Notes: generated by a model from the letters alone, not told the origin. A DNA stretch of 64,000 nucleotides from Nitrospirales bacterium (GCA_963555755.3 OY820905.2:832001-896000), one strand, 5' to 3'; positions 52,083 through 62,325 are shown, numbered from the stretch's first letter. Numbers and translations: made by a program.

Positions 52083-52979
52083 ATGTTTATGAAAAGCTTA
52101 ACCAGTACGAACGGAGCCCTCATCAGCATACTCATCCTGAGCGCAGGGCTCACGTGGCTCAATCTGGTCTCTCCCCTACCTCTGATCTCGCATCCCTCAG
52201 CATTACGGACAGGCGATGTCGAAACCATCAAACCCTTAGTCCTCGCCGGGATCGATATCAACTACCCAAATTCGAAAGGGATCACTCCGTTGCATGTGGT
52301 GGCACAAGAAGGCCATGTAGCCGTGGCCCAAATCCTCCTTCAAAACGGCGCCAATCTCCATGCTCGATATGACGACCTGTGGACCCCGCTTCACCTCGCC
52401 GCCCAGAACGGACATTTAGAAATGACTACCCTGCTGATCAATTACGGAGGAAGAGTCCTTGGCCCAAAGGACGACTTTTCCCCCTTACACTTTGCGGCGC
52501 AGGAAGGGTATCTCGATATTGCGCAACTTCTTCTCACGCATGACGCCGACGTCCGGGCCCGATACCAAAATGGATGGACACCCCTTCATCTCGCCGCGCA
52601 GGAAGGCCACACGCCGATGGTAACCCTGTTGCTTGAAAATGGAGCGCCAATCAACGCGATGACAGCTCAGGGCTTTACCCCACTCCATTCAGCGGCGTTT
52701 CTGGGCAGACTGGATTCCGTACGAGCCTTACTCGTCAACCACGCAACCCCCGAGGTCAAAGATCACGAAGGACAAACACCGCATCAGTTAGCGCTGGCAG
52801 GAGGATTTCACGACGTGGCACACTTGTTGTTTGAATTTGAGAAAACCGGAGAATTTCCAAAAGAGTTTCAGGACGGTTTCGGTGAAGGCCGAAGCACGAC
52901 ACCTTCCCTGCCGAGAATCCCAGATACCATGCCATTGATCGATTCATTTCCCGATGCGGGTTCTTGGGGTCAAGTGTAA
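52083..52979 (+). CDS. Ankyrin repeat protein (exported)
   Basis: About six TPLH.AA..GH repeats after a hydrophobic N-terminus. Confidence 0.9.
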   Translation: MFMKSLTSTNGALISILILSAGLTWLNLVSPLPLISHPSALRTGDVETIKPLVLAGIDINYPNSKGITPLHVVAQEGHVAVAQILLQNGANLHARYDDLWTPLHLAAQNGHLEMTTLLINYGGRVLGPKDDFSPLHFAAQEGYLDIAQLLLTHDADVRARYQNGWTPLHLAAQEGHTPMVTLLLENGAPINAMTAQGFTPLHSAAFLGRLDSVRALLVNHATPEVKDHEGQTPHQLALAGGFHDVAHLLFEFEKTGEFPKEFQDGFGEGRSTTPSLPRIPDTMPLIDSFPDAGSWGQV

Positions 52980-52988
52980 AGAAACAAT

Positions 52989-53111
52989 CGTGATGCGTGA
53001 TGCGTCAAGCGTGATGAGTAAGAGTGATGACACTCGTTATTCTTTCCCCGTTACTCTTTAGTCATTACTTTTTTCCATTACGGATCACGCATCACGATTT
53101 ACGAATCACGA
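52989..53111. repeat. Heptamer arrays in inverted arrangement (CGTGATG ... ATCACGx)
   Basis: Tandem 7-mers on each arm; related CGTGAAG array at 19668-19700. Confidence 0.7.
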
Positions 53112-53138
53112 TTTCCTCCCCACCGCCCTTCACCCTAA

Positions 53139-53446
53139 GGACCTAAGAGAAAATAACTTGAACAATATCGCGCCAAGATTTGGGGCAGATTTGGACGGAA
53201 CGATTGAGAAAAACCCGAGGCATAGCACAGCTATGTTGAGGGTTTTTCGATTGAGGCCCGTTCAACCTAGAAACGGCAGTTGGGCGAAAAAAGCCGTGTA
53301 AGATATTGGTGTGCATGGTGCAATACAAAAAGTCGTGGTCGCCTTAGGGTTCGCGCAAGAATAACTTCCCCTGTTTGGGCATCGATCCATCCCGTCTGGC
53401 AGCGTTGCTCGTCCTTTCCATACCGAGGAGTATGCGCAGCCCTCGC
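53139..53446 (+). mobile_element. Nested truncated E (53139-53264) > C (from 53265) > B (from 53347)
   Basis: Left ends of all three present; C entered E at TCA; right ends missing. Confidence 0.8.
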
Positions 53447-53470
53447 CGGGAGGTCGATTCGGTACGGAGG

Positions 53471-53783
53471 CTCCGCCGCGCCCAACGCGAAGACCCACGA
53501 TCGAGGCAGAAAATGAAAGAGCAACCTTACATAACAATTGATTGTCATTTCGAGCGAAACGAGAAATCTCCCCCCAATGTCGAACGAGAGATTTCTCCCA
53601 AGGGTCGAAATGACAAAGGAGGGGTGGAAGTGCCAAGCAGTTTGCGAAATGACAGGAGGGAAAGCCTGACTTCCCGATTAAGGATGTCTGGAATGACGGT
53701 AAGGAAAATTGCTAGGTGGAATTGGGGGCAGGTATGAGTATTGAGTTTTCAACGAACTCTTTAAAATGTGGCTTAATAAAGGT
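53471..53783 (+). repeat. 313-bp direct repeat, copy 1
   Basis: Near-identical to 54810-55122. Confidence 0.92.
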
Positions 53784-53906
53784 TAACACCCACATTTTCT
53801 CAGAAATCTGAAACGGTAAAAGAAGCGAGCCTTCAGAAGGGAGATTTTTCCAACATGGACCATGAGAGGTGTTAAACAATTTTAAGGCCAATTCCGAGGC
53901 TTTAGG

Positions 53907-54215
53907 TTAGCCTTGAACCAGTTCCATTTTTACGGGTTTGACCTTAATCTTTTTCGCCCGTTCTTCCACGTGGGCCGCATCATACTGAAACTGTACACGC
54001 ATCCAGCCTTCGGGCGTCGAGCCAAAGGCTTTCGACAGCCGGATCGCCATATCCCACGACAAATCCGCATGTTCATTCACGAGATTATTGAGTGCAGATC
54101 GGGAAACCCCAAGGAGTTTTGCCCCTTCAGTGACGGTTAATTCAAATGGTTCTAAGCAATCTACGCGCACCAGCTTGCCGGGATGCGCTGGGTTTTTCAT
54201 TTTCAGTTCCTTCAT
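53907..54215 (-). CDS. higA: HigA-family antitoxin
   Basis: NPAHPG...LGVSR..L..LVN....LS.DMAIRLSKAFGSTPE.W...Q..YD. Confidence 0.92.
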   Translation of the reverse strand: MKELKMKNPAHPGKLVRVDCLEPFELTVTEGAKLLGVSRSALNNLVNEHADLSWDMAIRLSKAFGSTPEGWMRVQFQYDAAHVEERAKKIKVKPVKMELVQG

Positions 54216-54228
54216 GTCATCTTCCTTC

Positions 54229-54507
54229 CTAATGATAATCTTCCAAATTCACATCAAAGGCTTGACCATTCTCAAATCCGAAGGTCATGCGCCAATTCGC
54301 CCGCACTGTGACGCTCCACGTCCCCTTTCGATTTCCTTTCAGTTCATGTAAGTGATAAGAATGCATATCCATTTCCTGGATCGTCGCCGAGGCGTATAAT
54401 TTGGTGAGCAGCGTGTCAATCCGGTTGATCATGTCTTGGGGTAACCGACTGGCGTCTCCCAGGAGAAAAAAACGTTTCAGGCCCCGATGCTTAAAACTGA
54501 CGATCAT
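54229..54507 (-). CDS. higB: HigB (RelE/ParE superfamily) toxin
   Basis: MIVSFKHRGLKRFF...LHELKG.RKG.WS.TV.ANWR.TF.F....DYH. Confidence 0.92.
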   Translation of the reverse strand: MIVSFKHRGLKRFFLLGDASRLPQDMINRIDTLLTKLYASATIQEMDMHSYHLHELKGNRKGTWSVTVRANWRMTFGFENGQAFDVNLEDYH

Positions 54508-54513
54508 GCTTTA

Positions 54514-54542
54514 AATGTAGCGTGATGAGCGGCACTAGTCAA
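54514..54542 (-). promoter_or_regulatory. Sigma70-type promoter of higBA, probably leaderless
   Basis: TTGACT-17 nt-TACATT, then 6 nt to ATG; imperfect palindrome between the boxes. Confidence 0.65.
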
Positions 54543-54809
54543 TTATATAGTTACACTTCCTCCACCCTCTCCCTTGCCATGACTGTCGGAAAAGTCTCGT
54601 CCCGAGAACAGCCTGACTTTTCGGTTAATACAGGCGGTTTTGTCGAAAAATAGTGCTTTCCTTTGGATCTACGAAAAATTTTCCCGGAATTGGGGTTACC
54701 CATGAGAGTGTTTTGTATCATACAGGGTACCGTCACCAAACGACGAGTCCCTTTTGTTTCGGAAAAAGGAACCAAAACCATGTTTGCCCGTGCGCGGCCC
54801 TCCGGGTGC

Positions 54810-55122
54810 CTCCGCCGCGCCCAACGCGAAGACCTCTGGCCGAGACAGAAAATGAAGGAGCAACCTTACATAACAATTGATTGTCATTTCGAGCGAAACG
54901 AGAAATCTCCCCCCAATGTCGAACGAGAGATTTCTCCCAAGGGTCGAAATGACAAAGGAGGGGTGGAAGTGCCAAGCAGTTTGCGAAATGACAGGAGGGA
55001 AAGCCTGACTTCCCGATTAAGGATGTCTGGAATGACGGTAAGGAAAATTGCTAGGTGGAATTGGGGGCAGGTATGAGTATTGAGTTTTCAACGAACTCTT
55101 TAAAATGTGGCTTAATAAAGGT
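54810..55122 (+). repeat. 313-bp direct repeat, copy 2
   Basis: Offset 1339 from copy 1. Confidence 0.92.
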
Positions 55123-55400
55123 GGGGCTTCCGACATTAGCATGGGTAAAGATCCAGCCCGCCACAGTGAAAATAGATAGCCGTCTTGAAGTTCTCGATGT
55201 TACGGAAACCGCAGGCCATGTTCTTGATCTTCTGAATCTTACTGTTGAGTCCCTCGCTCCTTGCGTTGGTCACGGGATGCTGGTAGTACGTCAGGATGTT
55301 GTCGATATGCCGGCGCACCGTCTGGGCCGCCTTGCGCATGGGTGCCACCCGGCTGTACGTGGCCCCGAAATACCAGCGCTTCCAGAACTTCCCGCCTGAG
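55123..55400 (-). pseudogene. ISL3-family transposase 3' remnant with terminal end
   Basis: TNARSEGLNSKIQ.IK..A.GFRN..NF..AIYFHCGGLDLYP. Confidence 0.88.
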
Positions 55401-55410
55401 GCGGGATAGA

Positions 55411-56790
55411 GAGCTATTGTCAAATCTGGTGCCTGAGCTGTTGATTACGCGGCGACCGGATCAAGCCTGGTTTCCTCGATGCCATCCATAAAATGAATGC
55501 CCTTGATAACTTTTTCCAACTTTTTGAATCCACGGAGGCGTCGCCAGTTTTTCTCCGCACACCGTCCCAGCTTGAACATCATCTGTAACAGGCCATCACG
55601 AGTCAGGCAGCCCTTGGTCCGCTTGGTCCGATGGCGAATTGTTCCAAAGGTCGATTCAATTGGATTCGTGGTGCGAAGACTCTGCCAGTGCGAAGCCGGA
55701 AACGCATAGAATGTCAGCAACTCCTCCCGATCTTTTTCTAAACACGCGGTGGCCTTCGGATACTTGGCCTCATAGGTTCGAAGAAAGCGATCGAAGGCGC
55801 GGGTGGCAGCGGTTTTGGTCTCGGCCCGCCAGATCTCCTGTAACGCCTGTTTCGCCTTCGGCTGCCCACTCTTCGGCAACACATTCAGCACATTGATCGT
55901 CTTGTGCACCCAACACCGCTGCTGGCGCGTGGTTAGATAGATTTCCTCCACAGCTGCCCAGAAGCCCATCGCGCCATCGCCAATGGCCAATTCGGGAGCG
56001 TGCATCCCCCGGGCTTTGAGATGCAGCAGCACTTCCCGCCAGCTCTGGGTGGACTCACACGCACCCCGTCTTCGATCGCCAAGAACTGCTTGTCCCCCTG
56101 GCTCTTTACGCCAATGACGACTCACGCACAGAGCCGTTGAGTCTCTGCCCGCAGGCCACTGTAAATCCCATCCACCCCAATATAGACCCACTGTGCATCA
56201 TCGAGCTGTCGCTGCCGCCAGGTGTCGTATTCTTCTCGCCACACCTGCTTGAACCGGGCGATGGTACTGGCGGAGAGGCCCTTCGCCTCGGAACCGACTC
56301 ACGCTTCCAAAGCCGCCTGCAGCTCCCCGGTCGAGATGCCCTTCATATACAGCCAGGGGAGGGCCGCTTCCAGGTTCCGCGTCTTGCGTACGTAGGGTGG
56401 AACCAAGGCCGACCGAAAGGTGACGGGCTCCCCCTCTCGACTGCGCACCTTTGGGACCTGCACCGTCACCGGCCCGATCCCTGTCTGAATCTCTCGCGTC
56501 GGGTGATGGCCACTGAGGACGACCCGCGCGTGGCCCTGCTCATCCTGTGGGTCAGCATAGGTGGCTAACAATTCCGCCACCTCCGCGTTCAAGGCTTGCG
56601 CGATGAGCTTCCGAGCTCCCGCACGCATGAAATCCGTGAGCTCATCTTGGCCTCCTCGCTCTTCTTGCTCTGTTTTGTTACGCGTCTTCATCGTGGCGTC
56701 TCTCCTTTGTGGTGGAAGGTGGGTCAGGTGCTGCTTTAACTTCACGACACACCGATCACATGCCTCATACAGTTGCGTATCCACCAGGAA
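55411..56790 (-). mobile_element. Decayed IS256-family element (transposase pseudogene ~55445-56691)
   Basis: End GAGCTATTGTCAAATCTGGTG; GDGAMGFW, QRCWVHK, RTTNPIESTF, LPWLY.KGISTG in several broken frames. Confidence 0.85.
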
Positions 56791-56871
56791 AAGGTAAGGG
56801 TTGTCCATGAGACAATAGACATGAAATTTGCCACCAAAACGCCTGTGGGTTTAGGCGAGGGGTCCACTGAA

Positions 56872-56955
56872 TTCCGTTCATGTCCTTCGATACACTCAGG
56901 AGAGCGTTTGACAGGCCACTCCGGAGCAAAGTCGAAGGGCTCGCCACGAACGGAA
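56872..56955. repeat. Composite REP-like hairpin
   Basis: TTCCGTTC...GAACGGAA outer stem enclosing CCTTCGA.../TCGAAGGG sub-hairpin motifs. Confidence 0.6.
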
Positions 56956-56975
56956 GGTAGGTTCCGAGACCCTGA

Positions 56976-57155
56976 TTAACACCGACCTTTTTTCGCTTGA
57001 CCGGGCGGACAAAACTTTCCACCGCCTTGCACTCCAATTTCCACACCAGGAATTTCCACTTTGGGCCCTTTGACTTTTACTGATGGTCCCGTGAACTCGC
57101 AGCCTGTCATCCATACCATCATCGCACAAATCATGATTACCGCTGAAATCTTCAT
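56976..57155 (-). CDS. Small lipoprotein with FCPPGQAKKGxC tail
   Basis: Signal peptide, lipobox MTGC, C-terminal CPPGQAKK motif; SD GAAAGG. Confidence 0.75.
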   Translation of the reverse strand: MKISAVIMICAMMVWMTGCEFTGPSVKVKGPKVEIPGVEIGVQGGGKFCPPGQAKKGRC

Positions 57156-57204
57156 GTTGTTTCCTTTCCGTATTGGTTCTCGATGCATTCTTATTCTTCC
57201 CTTC

Positions 57205-57364
57205 TAGCCTGTCCGGGATTCACGATCATTGCGAGGGATGCTGGTTGGGGTCCGATGTGTCGATCCTTTGAGGCGAATAGTTTGGCCAAGCAACGAAAAG
57301 GACTGGAAGATACGGCCAAATCCAGCACACCCACAGTAGATCCGTCTAATCTGGGGACAGGCTC
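57205..57364 (-). mobile_element. Family J element, second copy
   Basis: AGCCTGTCC...GGACAGGCT ends; homologous to 18138-18303. Confidence 0.7.
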
Positions 57365-57688
57365 CAAGTTCGTCCCACTTCTTTTCGGTCTATTTTCAAA
57401 ATTCTGCACTATCGCCTGGATTTGCCTCGTAGGGGAAAACCTTTTACGATCATACGAACGAAGAATCAAAATCCAACGGGATCGATTCCAAAGAAACTTG
57501 ACGGTTTTCTACACCAGAAAAGTCTCCTGATCTTTCAATAGACTCAAAACAAGGTCTGTCGAAGGTACGATCGCAAGGCCTCCCGGCCTTCGTAAGCCAA
57601 AGGGCACTTCGGCGAAGGAGGTCCAGAGGAAGATAGGAACGTCGCTGACACCCTTTTTCAATATTCCCCCGCTCTCATTGCTTCAACC

Positions 57689-58825
57689 ATGCCACAAACC
57701 TCAAAGATAAAAGAATTTGGCGCTCGACTCTTACTTCTCGCCCTGGGCTGTGGGGTAGGATTTCTGTTAGGAGAAGGCGCACTCCGCCTGTTTTTGCCAA
57801 ACTATGTCGCCAGTGCTGGAATCGAGCGCAACTTCTTCTGTCATTTTGATCCCCAACTCGGGTGGGCTCCCCTACCAAATGTTTCAGGCCTCCATCGACG
57901 AGACGGATTTGCCGTATACATCGAACAAAACCAATTTGGGTTACGCGGCCCCAAGACCATGCGAAAGGAAAGACTCCCCACCCAACAACGCACCTTAGTA
58001 CTTGGCGACTCATATGTCTGGGGTTACGGGGTTGATCAAGACAAGGTGTTTACCGAACCGGCAGTCCATGGTTCGGAGATGGAACTGATCAACTTTGGAG
58101 TATCCGGGTATGGCACGGATCAGGCCTATTTGCTGTATCAGCGGGAGGGAATATCCTTTGACGTCGATGAGGTGGTCCTCGTGTTCACCCCGTACAACGA
58201 TGTAGAAAATAATCTTTCGTCACGACAATACGACCATGATAAATCATACTTTACGCTGAAACACCAAGAACTTGAATTGCATAGCGAACACCTTAGGGAA
58301 AATTACGCCCAAACGATCATTAATACAGTGTGGGCGGAAAGCCGCGTGATCAATGTCCTATTCACCGCGTATCGCGCCTTTCAAAATTGGCACATATTGG
58401 AAAAAACCAAAGGCGGCACCGCGCCCCCTGGGACGGGCCCACTCGGTCCCTCCGCCGTGTCTTCTCGCGATCAAGAGGGAATCGCCTTAACCATGAGAAT
58501 TATCGCCAAACTTCGTGATGCCGTTCTTGCCACGGGGGCCAAATTTTCCGTGGTGTTTGTCCCGTACAAACCACACATCCTGCACAAGGTCTCCTATAAC
58601 CATCCCCTAGTACCACTTTTAGCCAAAGAACTGGAAACGGCCGGCATCCCGTACTACGAACCGTACTTCATGTTTCTGAAGGAGGAATCTTCGAAAGATC
58701 TCTTTAATCCAATTGACAACCATTTCAGTCCGGAAGGGCATTCGGTGTTTAGCCGTACATTCGTCGATCCAGCAACTCGTGCACGAACCAAAAATCTCTA
58801 CAAAAAGATCAAGCCAACACCTTGA
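57689..58825 (+). CDS. SGNH/GDSL hydrolase-family protein
   Basis: LGDSY, NFGVSGYGTDQ, ND, DNH catalytic blocks; N-terminal TM. Confidence 0.88.
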   Translation: MPQTSKIKEFGARLLLLALGCGVGFLLGEGALRLFLPNYVASAGIERNFFCHFDPQLGWAPLPNVSGLHRRDGFAVYIEQNQFGLRGPKTMRKERLPTQQRTLVLGDSYVWGYGVDQDKVFTEPAVHGSEMELINFGVSGYGTDQAYLLYQREGISFDVDEVVLVFTPYNDVENNLSSRQYDHDKSYFTLKHQELELHSEHLRENYAQTIINTVWAESRVINVLFTAYRAFQNWHILEKTKGGTAPPGTGPLGPSAVSSRDQEGIALTMRIIAKLRDAVLATGAKFSVVFVPYKPHILHKVSYNHPLVPLLAKELETAGIPYYEPYFMFLKEESSKDLFNPIDNHFSPEGHSVFSRTFVDPATRARTKNLYKKIKPTP

Positions 58826-58992
58826 TTGCATAACATCTCCCCTTCCGCCTCACGACGAAGAAACTCCGTGGACATGGCATATTTTACCAAACCTTTGACT
58901 TTTGTTTTAATTAGTACTATATTAATGAATACTTAAATCGTAGCCCTCACGCCAAACAATTCCTCACTGAACAACAAAGAAAGGGGGAGGAC

Positions 58993-59394
58993 ATGAAGAC
59001 AGAAACGACACACAAACCAGAAATCCCGCCAGGAGTAGCAATTGGCCATGTTGATTTGCTCGTCACAAACGTTCCGCAAGCTGTTGAGTACTTTGTTCAT
59101 TTGGGAATGCGCCACATTCACCACGATCATGACTTTGCCGTCCTCGAACTCCGCGGTGGCACACACTTGGTTTTAGAGACACCTGAAAATGGTGCCACCA
59201 TCGAACCAAACCAGACTCCCAATTTCGATTTGATGGTGGATGACCTTACAGAGGCACGACAACGCTGCGTGGACCTTGGCATGGCTCCCTCGGATATCGA
59301 GACAGGACGAATCCACGATAATTTCTACCTGAAGGGACCTGATGAGTACAGAATACGCGTCACCTCTTCGCATACATCAGGCAGACCAGTGTAA
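58993..59394 (+). CDS. VOC/glyoxalase family protein
   Basis: IGHV.L.V....A..YF..LG...AVLELRGGTHL; DLMVDDL; GPD. Confidence 0.85.
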   Translation: MKTETTHKPEIPPGVAIGHVDLLVTNVPQAVEYFVHLGMRHIHHDHDFAVLELRGGTHLVLETPENGATIEPNQTPNFDLMVDDLTEARQRCVDLGMAPSDIETGRIHDNFYLKGPDEYRIRVTSSHTSGRPV

Positions 59395-59423
59395 CGAATT
59401 GCTAAAAGAGGAGGCCCACCACC

Positions 59424-60368
59424 ATGACACAAGCAGCAACCAGCACACCCCTGAATACACACGAAGGACACGACACTATGGAACCATCACACACACCCGA
59501 ACCACGCCGAGTGAAAAGCATTGTGACGGCTCATCGGCAAACAGAAGGAGGCGGTTTCATCGTGCGACGCCCTTTTCCTTCCCAGGATCTTGATCTCTTA
59601 GATCCCTTTCTTCTTCTTGACGAAATGGGTCCAGTCACGTACGCGCCAGGGAAAGCGGTTGGAGCTCCCGACCATCCCCACCGCGGATTCGAAACGGTGA
59701 CCTATCTTCTGGAAGGCGAAATGAAACATAAGGATTCGGCTGGGCATCAAGGCGTGTTGAGGCCTGGCGATGTGCAATGGATGACAGCAGGCTCCGGTGT
59801 GGTCCATTCCGAAATGCCTTCCCAGAAAATGCTCGACAACGGCGGCCCCATGCACGGTTTTCAAATTTGGGTGAATCTTCCCGCGCGATTAAAAATGACT
59901 CGACCTCGATACCAGGAAGTCGCACAGCATCAGATACCCACCGCGACTTCACCGGATGGTTTAGCCACAGTCAGAGTCATTGCAGGGAAGGCATTAGGGG
60001 CTGAGGCCATCATCGATACTCATACACCCATGGTGTATCACGATTGGACGATACAACCTGGAGGTCGCGTCTCGATTGAAATCAGTCCAGACCATAATGT
60101 TGGCGTGTACGTCTTTTCCGGCAAGGTGTTGGTCGGATCAGAGAGCCAAGAAGTCGAAGATGGCCAACTGGCCGTCCTCACCACTGGCTCGACCATTCAA
60201 ATGGCGGTCTCGACGGTGCAACAGACCGCAGCACGCTTTCTCGTCTTGGGCGGAATTCCCCACGGCGAACCAGTGGCCCAGTATGGACCCTTTGTGATGA
60301 ACACAAAAGAGGAACTGCAACAAGCCTTTGCGGATTATCAAAGCGGACGCATGGGGCAGATTCGTTAA
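59424..60368 (+). CDS. Pirin family protein
   Basis: DPFLLLDE, HPHRGFETVT, QWMTAG.G..HSE, GPFVMNT. Confidence 0.95.
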   Translation: MTQAATSTPLNTHEGHDTMEPSHTPEPRRVKSIVTAHRQTEGGGFIVRRPFPSQDLDLLDPFLLLDEMGPVTYAPGKAVGAPDHPHRGFETVTYLLEGEMKHKDSAGHQGVLRPGDVQWMTAGSGVVHSEMPSQKMLDNGGPMHGFQIWVNLPARLKMTRPRYQEVAQHQIPTATSPDGLATVRVIAGKALGAEAIIDTHTPMVYHDWTIQPGGRVSIEISPDHNVGVYVFSGKVLVGSESQEVEDGQLAVLTTGSTIQMAVSTVQQTAARFLVLGGIPHGEPVAQYGPFVMNTKEELQQAFADYQSGRMGQIR

Positions 60369-60464
60369 CCGCATGAAAACACTTTGTCCACAAAAAACAG
60401 GCCAAAAATTTTTTAGAGGTCTTTACGCGCCTCTCAATGGAGAAAATGGTACAATCAAACATTA

Positions 60465-60605
60465 GGGCACCTCTAAAAACCGTCCTTTTCCGTGATGGCG
60501 GCGTCAGCCGCGTGCTCACATCCTCATGTATTCGCCCATACACTCCGGTTTTCCGCGCGCGGCTTCCTTGCCCTCACAAAAAATGCCGGGTTTTTAGAGG
60601 TGCCC
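60465..60605 (-). mobile_element. Family G MITE
   Basis: Reverse complement of the 11487 copy. Confidence 0.88.
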
Positions 60606-60615
60606 AATAAAAGAT

Positions 60616-60727
60616 CCCCGCAGCAAGCTGACGGGGTATTCAGAGGAACAATATGATTTTGAAAATCCCCCTACCCCCCTTTTCCAAAGGGGGAACCTAA
60701 GCGGTAACCCCGTAGCAAGCTACGGGG
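60616..60727. repeat. Cluster of short REP-like hairpins
   Basis: CCCCG(C/T)AGCAAGCT..CGGGG twice, around CCCCCTT.TCCAAAGGGGG. Confidence 0.65.
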
Positions 60728-60741
60728 AATAGCAAGTTAAT

Positions 60742-61608
60742 ATGAATGATGACCATTCACATTTCTCAGCTCCAACCAAGGTGTCCACCAATCCCTCCAA
60801 ACCACCAAACGGCATCACGCGCCGACGGCTTCTACAAGTTGGCGCGGGTACGTTAGGACTCCTCGCGACATCCGGCATAGCGCTCTCCGCGCTGTGTCCC
60901 TCAACGGCAACGCCACGACAAACCCGTGGGCCCTTTTTTCCTTTTGATCATGTCGTGTCGTTTCCCATACGCGAAGGCGAGGATACAAGCCTTCCCCTCA
61001 TTTTAGCCAATGACAATGACCTCACCTGGGTAAAAGGAAAATCGGGAAAGGCGCAGGGGCAAATCATTTACTTTCGGGGCCAGGTGCTGAGAACCTCTTC
61101 CCCGGGCTCGGATGTATGCCAACCAATGGCTGAAGCCACGGTGTTACTCTGGCAGGCCAATTTTTCTGGAAGATACAATCACAGGGGGGATGATTCGGCT
61201 CCACAACAATTCCCTCATCCCAAAACAGGAAAGATCATCGAGCGTGTCCATGACAAACATTTTCAATATTGGGGCAAAGCCATCACGGACGAACATGGCT
61301 ATTTTTTATTTAAATCCGTGCTGCCCAGCTTTTATCCTGCCACGGATGATTGGTACCGTCCTCCCCACCTCCACTTTTCCATTCGGGCCAAGGGCAACCC
61401 CGAGTTTGTGACGCAAACCTATTTCAAAGGCGACGCCCTCCCCAACATCGGCATCATCCAGGACCTCAATGCCAAAGATTGGATTTTAGGTGACCCAGGC
61501 ATTTCGCCTGCACAGCAAGAACAAGTCATTGTGGAGTTTCAACCAGATCCAACTGGCGAATTAACTGATGGGTTAGTGGGAACGTGTCAATTACTACTCC
61601 CGTCCTAA
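60742..61608 (+). CDS. Tat-exported intradiol ring-cleavage dioxygenase family protein
   Basis: TRRRLL Tat motif; GPF, WQAN..G.YNH, P.FY, RPPHLHF iron ligands. Confidence 0.85.
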   Translation: MNDDHSHFSAPTKVSTNPSKPPNGITRRRLLQVGAGTLGLLATSGIALSALCPSTATPRQTRGPFFPFDHVVSFPIREGEDTSLPLILANDNDLTWVKGKSGKAQGQIIYFRGQVLRTSSPGSDVCQPMAEATVLLWQANFSGRYNHRGDDSAPQQFPHPKTGKIIERVHDKHFQYWGKAITDEHGYFLFKSVLPSFYPATDDWYRPPHLHFSIRAKGNPEFVTQTYFKGDALPNIGIIQDLNAKDWILGDPGISPAQQEQVIVEFQPDPTGELTDGLVGTCQLLLPS

Positions 61609-61680
61609 CAAGGAAATATCTCCCCGCAACTAGCTACCCATTGAATTTTGTTTAAATTCAAACTATATACTTAAAGGCTA

Positions 61681-62133
61681 ATGGATAATTACGATTTAAA
61701 AAATGATCCGTATTTGAAAATCTTGCGGCCGCTGGTGGAGGCGTCGCGGGCTATTTTTGAAGTGGGCGACCGGCACATTCGATCGATGGGACTGACACCT
61801 CCCCAATTTTCCGTGATTGCTGAATTGGGAGGCACTGAGGGGATGACCGCCGTGGAGTTGGCTTCCTCCACCTTACATGCCAAAGCCAGTTTGACAGGGA
61901 TTATTGATCGCTTGGAAGAAAAGGGCTTGGTTGAGCGTCAGCCAATTCCCGGCGATCGTCGAGCTATGAATATTCGCCTCACGAAAAAAGGCGAGGCTAA
62001 ACATCGGAAATGTTTCCCTGCCCAAGCCAATTTCATACGTCCATATTTTGAACGGGCTCTTACGAAAAAAGAGATTAACCTATTACAGGATATGCTCATC
62101 CGGTTACGGAACAGCTGTCGGGAAGAAAAATAG
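61681..62133 (+). CDS. MarR-family regulator
   Basis: GLT.PQF.V...EL...SLTGIIDRLEEKGLV.R...DRR...LT.KG. Confidence 0.92.
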   Translation: MDNYDLKNDPYLKILRPLVEASRAIFEVGDRHIRSMGLTPPQFSVIAELGGTEGMTAVELASSTLHAKASLTGIIDRLEEKGLVERQPIPGDRRAMNIRLTKKGEAKHRKCFPAQANFIRPYFERALTKKEINLLQDMLIRLRNSCREEK

Positions 62134-62325
62134 AAGAATCGATGGAGCGGATCGGCCATTTTTTCCGCGGTCATGTGCCCATGCCTGCATCAAGGGTTAC
62201 TTTCGCGAATAGCAAAAGCAAGGAATTAGACATGATGTTCCACAATGCCGGGTTTGGCAAAAGTGAGATTCACGCAGTCCCGAATTCCAAAGAACACGTC
62301 ATAATTACTCAGAAATCGTAAGAGG

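Noticed and set aside
53471..55122. Integron cassette with attC sites around higBA
   Set aside because: The repeats are 313 bp, built from other repeat families, lack clear RYYYAAC/GTTRRRY boxes, and no integrase is present.
57540..57668. Complete family A copy
   Set aside because: Only the right end (GAACGTCGCTGACACCCTTTTTCAATATTCCC) is recognisable; too degraded to delimit.
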